Shown here: piece after piece, positions 28,401-39,725 of the stretch
Position numbering within the stretch: the stretch's first letter is position 1
Layout: every line of letters starts with the position of its first letter
Source of the DNA: Ascidiella aspersa
Taxonomy: Eukaryota
DNA: 64,000 bases
Direction of reading: 5' to 3'
NCBI GenBank assembly: GCA_963924565.1
Contig: OZ004612.1
Coordinates: 13,020,001-13,084,000, forward strand
Made by a program: the position numbers and the translations under genes
Notes under the pieces: model-generated
What the model was told of the DNA's origin: nothing
Database searches by the model: none
The model's input: only the letters and a program-made list of their open reading frames with translations

Positions 28401-31400
28401 ATAATATATTTTCTAAAAAGAGAATATGTTTTACCCCATTTCGTGTCACCGCGAGACAAGTGGATCTATAAATGATCTAACCTATTATTATAATTTCGTA
28501 GATTTTACAAGAGCAAAATAACGAGCCATTGAACAACTCATATGAATAATTGCGTCTAAAAAATAGATATATAATCGTCTCTACTAATTTTGACTGTCCG
28601 ACTTTGCACTATCTTTATGTAAAAGCGCTATTTCAATCATTTTCTCAAACGCATGCATGTACATTGTACAACTAACGCACAAATTTATTCGCTCACGCAC
28701 ACACATACAAAAGAAAACCAAACCTTTTACGACACGACTAGCAGCGAAATGAAACACACACATGCAGACTGACACATTCGGACAAACACGGAAACACGCG
28801 GCCACACACAGATACAAACGAAAACACACAGACATCAACGGTCACACACACCAGGCTTTTAAATGATAATTAACTTACGCATTATATTATCGTGAGACCT
28901 TATTAATAGTTGTATCTTGTATGTTTACATGTGGGATGGACCATTATTTTGAAACCTTATATATAAAACAACCAGCAGCGGAGTCCAAGCAAGAGCAAAT
29001 CGCCGTGGAAGATCTGCTGGATACTCCTAACGGTTCGCCAGCATCCAGCGAGAAGCAAGATGAACCAGAGCAAGAGGAAGAAGTGGACACATGGGTTTCT
29101 GTCTCATTCGTCGAGTCTCCCGCTTCTTTCTTTGTACAGACCAAGGAGCAGTGGCTTGCGTGTAATCAGCTGATTCGCGATCTTCACAAGCACTTTGCAG
29201 ACGTTGTTTTAGAGGTGCTTATCAATGCGAATTAGTGGAACGAAAAGCCTGATATGGTTTTAATTTCATTAAAATGGTTTTAATTTGGATATATTTATGG
29301 TTTGAGTGACTAAACCAAACAGTCATTTAGCAGTTACAAGTTATCAGACTGCAACGTTCTACAAAATGAAACCACGTAATTTGCATATTAAAAATCTTGC
29401 AAAACCATTAATTTTAAGGCTATAGACTATTTTAAGGCTATAGACATTGCGTATAATTAATATTCTTCTTTTTCTAACGATTCCTCTTAAAGCTATCGAA
29501 CGCCTGAAATTTCCAACTGGGCCATATCTTTTCGATTAATCATGTTCGCCAAATGACATAACATTATATTCACCCAACCTAATTGATCACCGCAATCACC
29601 ATGAACCTTTTGCCCAGGTCGAAGCTGACGAAATGCTATGGAAAGCAGGCGACAGTTGCGCTGTACTTTCCAAGCTAGAGAAGCGTTGGTGCCGCGCACG
29701 GATCGAGAAGGTCTTGAAGGAAAATGTAAGGTTCTTGAAAGTATTACGAGTTGAAAAAATCTTTGGAAAACTGAAAGACGCCTTTTTGAACAAAGCGTCG
29801 ATTAAGTGTTGCAGTAAATTACAAGCACTTTATTCCTAAATATTTAAAAAAACAGTTTAATTTGAAACACGGTAGTTTATTTTCTAACAAAAGGTTTCCA
29901 ACATTAACTAAAGGTCTTTAGGTTTTCGGTTAAAAAGCTATTCGTCTGCGCTTTTTAGTTGGCAATTAAATGCTCTGCCTATTCCTTATTAAAAATACGC
30001 GTAACCTTCGCCTATTTAAATTCCGAAGTATTGCTGTCTTGATATCATTCCGTATGCAGAGCTGCGAAGTACGACTGACCGACATCGGAACAAAAGAAAC
30101 CTTGCCAGTTGTCAATCTACGCCCGGTGCCGGAGCAATACTCGCACCAGGCGGCCACCGTTACAAGATGTCGCCTGATAGACATTTCGCCCGCCGGAGGG
30201 AGCAAGTGGACCATGACGTCATGTGACACCTTGAAGGTTTGACCAATTAAAAAAAAAATTGACGAATTTGGGCCATTATTTGGTGCACTCTCCAAAATAA
30301 CGTTAACGGAGGTCAAAAGCAACCTCTGGAATTGCAAAAAAATATGTCTTGCTGGGATCGTAAATTTCAATAATATATGGACTTGCCTGAAACACATTTT
30401 TGACTTAACAACCCTAGGACTATAGTTTCCGTTTTCTAATTTTCTTATAAACCTAATGTTTTTTTCTCTAAAAGAGTGGTCACCAGCATTTTTTTATAAA
30501 TCTAAGAAACAATTCTGTTAATAAACTAATATTAACCTTGTAGTAAATATCACGCAGGCCAAAATAATTAAATCGACGGGCCTTAACCTTAAGGAAACCT
30601 GGCGTTCAACTAAACAAAACAAAAAAATATAACGTGCGAACTTCGTGATATGAATTCGTTTTCGCTGGGTACACAACACCCCTTACCCGAACCCTTACCT
30701 GACAGGAGATGATATCCGGAAAGGAATGTCGGCTGGATGTGGCTACGGGTTCACGGGAAGACGCTCCTCTTCCGTGCAAGCTCTTCCTTCCTCCCGAAAG
30801 AGAAGGAGGCGAGGAGAAGGATGTGGTGAAGGAGTTGGTCATCAAGGGAGTCGCGCTCCCCGTAAGACTTGGCATGTTTAAAAGGCAAGTCTCACTTAAA
30901 GTCCCACCACAATCGCAAGCCCTGGTCGTTAGTCATCAGTAGGGCCATTTTTATTTTAACCTAAAAAAAAATGTTTGACTTTATTTTTATCAAATTTTAA
31001 CTTTATTTTAACCTAACGAAATCGCTTATTTGTAGAGGCTACAGTTCTTCCTTGAAATGATGCCAGTTACCCAAACTTTACCAAGTTACCCAAACATAAT
31101 ATTTTGTCGATTTCAGACGCAAACGTAATATTTTGTCGCAAAGTAAAGTTGTTTTATGGATTTAAAAAGTGCGTCGTGTTTTCTGGCGATAGATTTAGCT
31201 TGCTTAGGCATTTTTGTATTACAGAATATCAGTAGGCTATTCCTAAAATCCAAACTGTTGATCTTCGAAAAGACCACGTTTATGAAGACGAAGTGTTTTA
31301 TAAGAATTATTTAAATGCGTAACTATGAATAAAAAAAATAGACAATTTGCGATAAAAGTTACTGCTGATCCAAGTGGGCTTTGTGACATTTTGTCTGGTT

Positions 31401-34011
31401 TTATGGGTTAATATGGTTTAATTGTGTCGCAGTTCCTGACTTACAATACTTCAACGATGATTTAAAAAAAAATTACTCTCAACAAACACAAAAACTTTGT
31501 CAAAAGTCATTATTTGTCAAATTTGACTTTATTAAAAATTTTGACTTTATTGTAAATTTTAACTTTATTTTGACCTATAAACTTAGAAACAGTCCCCTAG
31601 GTGCTGGAAACAACTTTATTCTTTGATTCGTGGACAGACGAGCTCCTTAAAATTTTTTAACTTTATTGACTTTTGCGGGCCCTAGTCATCAGTTAATAAA
31701 TGCACTCAAGATACGTATACTGTACATCCTTGTTGCTGTTGATAGGTTATAATGACACAAAAGTTTTGTCATATACCAATAGCAAGATGTACACTGACTT
31801 GACAAATTCGAAACCCTGTATTTAATATACACTGTAAAATTGTATTTCTAGTGCACGCGACGCACCTTCACAGGATTACTTCGAGCTCGCAGAAAGCCCG
31901 GAATGTTTTCACGGCAACTTTACCAGCAGACCTCTACTCGAAACTCCAAAGTCGTCTGCCAAAAAGAAGCTGGACCTCGTTCGAACTCCGAGCGCTGAAT
32001 CACCGCCGCGAAAGAATCCGAGTCCTCTGAAGAAGAAAAAGTGCATCAGCGACCTCCAGGACCCTTGTTCATCTGCAGAGGTTTTAAGCACGAAGGAAAG
32101 TGAAAACGTTGAGGACAGTAATATCTCTCAGTCAATGGCGCACGATAGGGAGATAATACGTAAAGAGGATGCTCAAAACAATCTACAAACCCAATCTCTG
32201 ATTGTAAATACCAAATCAGAACTTAAAGACGCAGAGAAGAAAGCGTCTCCAAAGGTCGAAACGAAGCCAGAATTGGATTTAGAGGACGTATTTGCCGACG
32301 CGGAGGAGGGTGCCGCCCATTTGGCTCCGGTGTCGGATCAAACGCCGCCCCATTCTTCCACCTCGTCTACAAACGATGTCGCCACCTGCAGCCAGCAATT
32401 GATCCATCACGACGATAGCACTCTCCAGCGGCGCGCGCCTCATGCAAGTCGTTCGACAATCCGGGCCAGAATCCCGGCGGCCGAGCTCCCAGCACCAGGC
32501 TCCACTTTCCCGTGCATCGTCACACACATAGAGAGCCACAACGTAGTGTACGTGCGACGACTGCCGGCCAGCCAGTGCGGTCCGTCGGATGACGACATCC
32601 GCTATCTGCCGCCACTCGAGGTGATCGAACCCGGGGCGCCGTGCGTTGCTCGCTACTCGGTCGACGGCCGCTGGTACCGCGCTGAGGTAAAGTAGATCTG
32701 TTGATCTGTGCTTGTTAATTTTTATGTAACATATAAAGTGCGAAAGGAATTGCGTTCGCGAATTGGCCAGCTTTTAGGTCGGTGTAGAAATATTCGGGAC
32801 TGGTATCGGAGATCAGTAGATCAATACTTCCCAACCTTTTTCAGTTCACGACCCACTTTAAATGCATGTTTTATTGTTCGACCCACAATGAGGTATGGCC
32901 AAACAAATAAGGCTACACTAGTGCATCTTTACTACTGGCGTACGTACTGAAATTGTTAATGCAACAACACATCTAATTGTTAAGTATTTGTGATATTGTT
33001 GCATAAATGTTACGTAAGTGTAATGTAATAATTTCCCGATCTAATAGAAAACTGTAACATTTAGAAATGCTTCGCGATCCGCCTGAAATAGCTTCGCTTT
33101 CGCGACCCACTAGTTGGGAAGCACCTCAGTAGATTACATAACGGCCTGATGCATATGGAGAAACGCTGGTTTACATTGATATATATATTCACTTCTGGGT
33201 GTTCGCACCAGAGCATGCCGGGGAAATAGCTAATATACACTTCCTGAGTCTATTCACCGATCTAACAAATAACCTTTTTAACTGAATTAGGAAATTAATC
33301 TGGAAAACGATGCCAAACTCGTGAAATTAGTTTTATTTAAACCATCAACCGCTACACCAAACCCTGAATCAATATAAAATAGCTGTATACTATGTGCCTC
33401 ACATATGTGTACCTGTGCCATCCGACCAAATAGCCAATTCCGCAATTCAACTGTACTTGTACGAACGCTATTCGGCAGACAACGCTTTTGTTGTTTTCAA
33501 ACTTTGTCGTTTACTAACTCAACTTCCATATCTGTAGAACAAAATAAATCTGTAGAGCAAAGATTTGAGTCTCCATTTTTAACATCCACGTCCCCATCCT
33601 GCATTTCCTACAGTATAAAATAGGTAATTTTATATTTACTTTCAGGTGATCAAGTATTACCGCGGCCAGGGCCTCGCCAAAGTGCTGTACGTCGACTACG
33701 GCTTGCACGAGGTGGTTGCGGTACAGGACATGGTACGCATGCTGACCGCCGAATACAGCCGCCGACCCGCCCAGGCAATTCAGTGCACGCTCTTCGCAAT
33801 GCCACAGCCAGCTGACTTGATGCTAGCCGAGGCTGTGCTTTTAAATGCGCTAGCAGCCCTCATAGGCAACCAGGAGCTTGAGTGCCGCGTCCACTCGGTT
33901 AATAATGATATGTGGGATTTTGCCCGTCTCTGCGTCAACCTCTATTCGGGCAAACCACGTCGTCTGCTTACCGACCAGCTTATGGAGGCTCTTTTTGGCG
34001 ATGTGGAGTAG
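19449..34011 (+). CDS. RNF17: RING finger protein 17 / TDRD4-like (RING, B-boxes, coiled coil, multiple extended Tudor domains), about 19 coding exons
   Basis: Exon 19449-20068 has RING (CKICC...CGHTFCQKC...CPTC) and two B-boxes (CSEC...CLQC...CSKC; CHKH...YCVDD...CRDC...HASH). Tudor motifs: KWYRCKV/YIDYGN (~22970-23203), WYRAVI (26200-26419), YVDYGN (26985-27080), WCRARI (29618-29724), DGRWYRAEV (to 32686), YVDYGL (33646-34011). Confidence 0.88.
23638..24474. mobile_element. Non-autonomous DNA transposon with CTCGCC/GGCGAG subterminal arrays
   Basis: TIRs cagggttg / caaccctg; flanked on both sides by atttt; many ctcgcc/ggcgag motifs near both ends. Confidence 0.75.
26524..26847. mobile_element. 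hAT-like MITE
   Basis: Ends caggtgttcctcaac / gataagaacccctg; ggacccc motifs. Confidence 0.6.
30940..31684. mobile_element. hAT-type MITE with 8-bp TSD
   Basis: TIRs tagggcc / ggcccta; TSD gtcatcag at 30932-30939 and 31685-31692; repeated tttRactttatt subterminal motifs. Confidence 0.85.
32822..33126. mobile_element. hAT-type MITE, reverse-complement relative of 17468-17755
   Basis: Ends caatacttcccaacc / gttgggaagcac; TSD cagtagat at 32814-32821 and 33127-33134; internal similarity to 17468-17755. Confidence 0.8.
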
Positions 34012-34433
34012 CCTCTCCTGGCGTCACTGCCCGCGTGGTTGACTCTGGACCTTTATCTTATTTTTGTTCGAGTTCCAAATTCGTTCCCCCGCCGCTTGTT
34101 TTAGTTTCATTTCTTCATTTTTCTTCTTTGTTATAAGTGATTCTTGCTTTATCGTGTCCCTAACTTGATTTTGTTTTGCCCGAATGGTGCCTTGGTCGAC
34201 CAATATATTCTTTCGTACTAAACATGTGCTATTTGGTGATGGTTAAGACAAAAAAACTATCAAAACACAATTTTAGTAGCGTAGCATCTAACTCCGCTTC
34301 GCTTCAGTGTGAAAGATAAAAGAAAAGTTGCGACAAAAACTATATTAGACGAGATTAAAGTATTTAAGTACCGGTAACTGTTAAGTAAAAGGGTAGTTTA
34401 ACCGTATGTCACAACCTTGAATATAATGTTAAC

Positions 34434-35103
34434 TAGGGCTACCATATTTTCAACACCCAAAAAGAAGACATTTTTTGCCGGCAAGTAAAACGAAAGTAGA
34501 ATTGTTACATTTGAGTTTGATGATGTTTTACATTTCCTTTGTTACAGACACAAAAACACAAAAACCACAAATCAAATTTATTTTTCCGGTTCAGCCCACG
34601 AATACTTTGCGGTTCCCTTAACTTTTGCCAATAAGGAACGATCATTTTTAACGAGATCGTGAAAATATTTGCACGAAATATCATTGAAATTATATACAAC
34701 TGTCAAGATGCTCGAAACTCGTCAGTTTACTAAACATTTCTTCGGTTCTGGAATGCTGGACATACAATGACACTGATAGTAGGCTAGGCCTACAAAACTC
34801 ACACCTCTGCTTTATTAATGGGCCTTTTTACATGTGAGGTTCTGTTGCAATTTTTCTGGTATAATGTTTGTAACAATGTTTTCAATTACAATCAAGAAGG
34901 TAGGGCTGATAGGGCAATTTGTTGGAAAACCTTTTTAAACCAGCAATTCAGTATGTTTCATGGCTACAGTATTTTTTTGGAAAGAAATACGTCTCAAGTT
35001 TTGTTGAAAGTATAAGCAACTAACTCGAAATGCGAAAAAGAGGACATTTAGGCATTTTTAAGCGTCCTCGGATCCTCCTAAAAGAGGACATATGGTAGGC
35101 CTA
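34434..35103. mobile_element. MITE with TAGGG..ACCATA termini
   Basis: tagggctaccatat / atatggtaggccta; imperfect 8-bp TSD atgttaac/atgatgac; aaagaggaca motifs. Confidence 0.7.
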
Positions 35104-35341
35104 ATGATGACCATGGCGGGTTGATGGTTCGTCAGTAAGGCTATCCAAGGCCAGGTGGTAAAAAAGACTTATTTGCAACAAATCTAAATTTGTTGACAAA
35201 AGGGATGTCAAGGCTGCCACTCGTAGGGATAATCCCCTACAGTAGGGTATTCTCGACTGAAGTAGGGGATTGGGAATACCTACGGGGAAAATTGTACTTT
35301 CTAGAAATTTTGTTAAGAACAAAATATTATTCGGTTTAGAC

Positions 35342-35371
35342 CACTGATCTCTATCTTCATAGAAATCAGTG
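35342..35371. mobile_element. 30-bp palindromic mini-element with 8-bp TSD
   Basis: cactgatctctat-cttc-atagaaatcagtg flanked by gtttagac at 35334-35341 and 35372-35379. Confidence 0.75.
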
Positions 35372-35680
35372 GTTTAGACACGTGCAGGTAAACATAAAAA
35401 ACGCAAACTCTATTTTTTTTTAGCAGAAATGCATTTCAAACTATGAACGCGAATCCAACTATAAAAATATACTAAATTAAATTTTTTTTAAATGATTTTA
35501 AAATGGAAAAGTATAATTATGTTAGGGGGTTCACCTGGTTGCAAATAACAAAAAACATTTTGTGTGGCGGGAACAGGATAGTGTTTTGGTTTTTTTTTTT
35601 ATTTTTCGGAACCATAGAGGTAAAATTTGTTTGTAGTTAGATTTACCTGCTGAGCTAGAAATTTTGTGAGCATATATAAA

Positions 35681-38600
35681 ATGGCTGAATCTGAATCTGC
35701 ACCCAATCTACCATGGGTTGAAAAATATCGCCCTAAGTCTTTGGACGACCTCATATCACACGAAGATATTTTAAAAACAATTCGACGCTTCATGAAAGAA
35801 AATCGTTTGCCGCACTTGCTATTCTATGGACCACCTGGTACCGGTAAAACGTCGACAATTTTGGCTTGCGCAAAACAGCTCTATTCACCAAAACAGTTTA
35901 ATTCCATGGTGCTTGAACTGAATGCCTCTGACGATCGGGGTATCGGCGTAGTGCGTAACCAAGTAAGTCTGTTAAGCTGTTTACAATGTCTCAAGAGCAG
36001 GGCCGGGGAACCTATTCCAGCGCGCCAAGTTCGCACAGGTGGCCGGGGGCACTGGTCTAGAATCCTACCACAACACACATTATTTGGGTTAGGGTGCTGG
36101 TTAGCGATTGAGTTGTGGTAGGTCAAATATTATTATTAAATAATCAATATAAAAATACTTAAACCCAAACGTTAACCATCACCCTAACCATATACGCGTT
36201 GATTTAATAATTGTTTCAACGCACTTTTATTTTAACACCAACGAAACGAGTTGTCAAGGTTTAAATTGCAAGGAAGGTGAAACATATGAGAATAACTGTA
36301 ATAATAATTATACTTGATCCTAGATCAGCATTCAGGGCTGTAACAATCACCTGTGCGACCCTGAAACGTTGGATTTGTTGTACATCATTGAATTGAAAAT
36401 TAAAATAGACCAATAGCTTAGGAAGCGCACGGCTTCGAACAAAAATCAGTCAGCAAGGTCTAAAACTTTAAATCTAAATATGCATTTCGCCATATAAAAA
36501 TGGCATCATCAGTTTATCTTAAGTATTCAAATAGAATCTATTCTTGCTGACTGATTTTTGTTCGAAGCGGTGTGCTTCCCAAGCCAAAATGAATTTCCTT
36601 GGACTATTTACAAGGCTAACAAAGTAATTAAAATCGAAATAAATCATAAAAGTGATGCAAAACTTGGATGTTTTTAAATTTATTACTACCACCAGCCAAG
36701 CCCTAATCATTGAATAATCACAGATGAGTGCAAGCATAAAAGTGCAATTCCGGCAAATAGCCAATTCAATTTCTTATAGCACTTAACACGTATAACTATA
36801 TTTGTACAACACCGACTAATTTTATATTAGCCTATATGAAGATCCTTGTTTCAAACTCTTAGGTTCTTTTTAACCATATATATATATTGATACTGAATCG
36901 AGCATAATTTTCAAGCTTCACTATTTTGATGTTGTTGGCAATCACAAAATTTAATTAATTTTTTCTGTCTGCAGCTTAGCATCAAGTGCGAAAATGAACA
37001 TAAGTTCTAAATTTGTTTTTCAGGCCAATGCATAGTATTATTAACTGCTCTCTGTGTATATATTTAAAAAAAGAAGCAAAATACAGGTTTATGCACCACC
37101 CCACAATCTTATATTTTGCCTATTCAAATGTTCTTAAAGCAAACATTTTTTTGTTGTGAGAAAAGTAGTTCAAAAAATGGAAGTGGCTTATAGTGGAGTT
37201 TGCACTGTAGTGGAGTCAGCATCCATCTCATGAACATACGGCCCAGCTCAAGAGATTACTAAACATTAAAATTCAGTGCTCACTTATACTATTTAAAATC
37301 AATTAACCTTAAAAGATGAATTCTGTGGCATATTACCACTAAAAGTTGATAGGTTAGTGCGCGTTGTTGCAGAAGAACTTAAAACATTTATTTTTTATAA
37401 CTTACTCTCAACAAGGAAAGTAGGTTTGGATATAAGTTTATGTATATTTTTAAATGACTTAAGGCCCAGTTAAAGTTATTTGCAAAATAACATAATTTGC
37501 CAATCAAGTCATTGGCAAAAAAGAAGAAGAGTCTATTTTTATGACTCCCTTTCTGGTATTATTGCTTAATATAGAATGACTCACTTTCCCAATCACCATT
37601 TATTTTTATAAAAATATTTCACTTATGCTTAACTTGCTTTTGTGTCTCTTAAAAAACTACCTAAGCTTGGACTAAGTTATTTTGTTATGTTTTATTCTAA
37701 GTGCCTTAACAAAGGTGACTAACTAGTAATTTCTTTAGTCTAGTTACTTCTTCGTATTTTTTCTCTGCAATTGAAACTTTACTTTTGTATAGATTTTAAG
37801 TTTTGCAAGTACAAGAACCATCTTTAATCAAGGATTTAAAATGATTATTTTGGATGAGGCAGATGCAATGACAAAAGATGCACAAAATGCATTGAGACGA
37901 GTTATGGAAAAGTTTACTGAAAACACAAGATTTTGTTTGATCTGTAATTACTTAACTAAGGTTTGTCTAATATAAATTTCCATTGTTATAAAGGTATGTC
38001 AAATGTGATATCATTATTTAACTTTGGAGAAGTAAACACTTAATACATAAACTTTACTTCCATATTATTCAGTTTGTAACACTACCTGTATTCACCATCT
38101 TGGCTTGCATATAAATTGTTTAATAAAAATCTATATTCTAAATTTATATAAGTAAGTATGTGTTTTACCTTATTTTTTTGATGGTTTGAAAAGGCCGTTG
38201 TATGATATATTTTAATAGTGGCTTGATATTTTATCTTAGAAAGTTTAAAGGAATGCAACATTTTCTTATATAAACAATAATGAAATAACAGATGTAAATT
38301 ATGTACTTTTCTATTTTTATTGGATTATAATATTTAGATTTTTGCAGCTGAAATGTATAGTTATTTTTTTAGATCCTAGTAAGATTCAAAAATATCTTGC
38401 AGACACTTAAAGCATGTCCTAATTCTATAGATTATCCCAGCTATCCAGTCCAGATGCACCCGCTTTCGTTTTGGACCATTGACAACCGACCAAATGAAGC
38501 CACGTCTTGAGCATGTAATTCAGGAAGAGAATCTTAAAGTGACCGATAGTGGAATGCAAGCAGTTGTCACACTTGCATGTGGTGATATGAGAAAGTCACT

Positions 38601-39170
38601 TAATATTTTACAAAGCACTTCAATGGCCCATAGCGAAGTTAATGAAGACACAGTATACACCTGTACAGGTAAAGAATTAAAAATTAAAATTGATGTGCTC
38701 ATCATTTATTTTTTCTTATAAGGTATATATGTATGTTTGCCTTATTTTCAATGTATTGCTTTAACGATGTACTAAAATGAGTGATATCTCTTTTGTAATA
38801 TTTATATATGAATATTTATTTGTTTGTAAATTAAAAAAAATTAGCATAATTCAATTTTTTCCAAGGCCACCCCAAGAAAAAAGACATAGAAGATATCTTG
38901 GATTGGATGCTTAACAAAGACTTTACTTCGGCTTATCAAAGCGTAATTAAATTAAAGACTGAAAAAGGAATGGCACTTCAGGACATTTTGCAACAGGTCC
39001 ACTTGTACATTCACCGCATTGACTTTCCTGTCAAAGTGAGAATTCACTTGTTGGACAAAATGGCAGAGATTGAAGATCGCATTGCCGCTGGAACAAACGA
39101 GCGCTTGCAAACTAGCTCGATGGTGGCTGCTTTTCAACAAGCCAAGAACATGACTGCAGCTAATGCATAA
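35681..39170 (+). CDS. RFC5: Replication factor C subunit 5; exons 35681-35962, 37793-37960, 38431-38668, 38866-39170
   Basis: [10 protein letters not shown], Walker [19 protein letters not shown], Walker [22 protein letters not shown] motif ([13 protein letters not shown]), RFC5-type C-terminus. Confidence 0.95.
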
Positions 39171-39459
39171 CTTGTTATTTTAAACTAATGTTATTTCCTA
39201 ATTTGTGAAAGCAGATTGACACACAATGGTAATGTGGTAAAAACGTTTTTGTTAAAACACACATGAATATTGACCAACAAAGGCTATACTAAGTAAAAAA
39301 TGTTTGAGTTGTAAATCTGTATTGCCATTTGGAATTTTATTTCAAAATATTGTCGTTTGTACAAAGTAAGACTCGATGATGTCATTTGTGTATAACATTG
39401 CAATCATAAGTTGTTTTGGTTACATTACAATCATACCTTACTTACATTGCAATCTTAAG

Positions 39460-39491
39460 TTGCATTCAACCTTTATTTACCATCTTTTTAG
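39460..39491 (+). promoter_or_regulatory. Splice acceptor (possible SL trans-splice site) upstream of the ASDURF-like ORF
   Basis: cctttatttaccatctttttAG, 15 nt before the ATG at 39507. Confidence 0.5.
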
Positions 39492-39506
39492 AAAATTTTA
39501 ATAAGG

Positions 39507-39701
39507 ATGTCTGAGCAGGCACTAAAGGTGCAGCAAGTGTTGCAAAGTGAATTGGAAAGTCTAAAGGAAGGCGCCAAGGTGTATGAGCGCCAGCATAACA
39601 GCAACATACTTTTTCTGTCTAACAAAAACAAGACACTGTCTGATTGCAAGAAGTTACAAGCTGAAATTAAACAGTCACTGCCACCAAATAAATACACTTA
39701 A
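39507..39701 (+). CDS. ASDURF: ASDURF-like prefoldin-type microprotein (64 aa)
   Basis: ELESLKEGAKVYERQHNSNILFLSNKNKTLSDCK resembles the human ASDURF core as I recall it ([34 protein letters not shown]). Preceded by a pyrimidine tract and AG acceptor at 39490-39491. Confidence 0.8.
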   Translation: MSEQALKVQQVLQSELESLKEGAKVYERQHNSNILFLSNKNKTLSDCKKLQAEIKQSLPPNKYT

Positions 39702-39725
39702 AAAAGGTCACAAACTGTTGAGTTA

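Noticed and set aside
28660-28855. CA-rich stretch with an 84-aa antisense ORF
   Set aside because: Degenerate microsatellite in an RNF17 intron; the ORF is a low-complexity artefact.
39390-39462. Repeated acattgcaatcWtaagttg motif before the ASDURF acceptor as a regulatory signal
   Set aside because: Could be a simple local duplication; no evidence of function from sequence alone.
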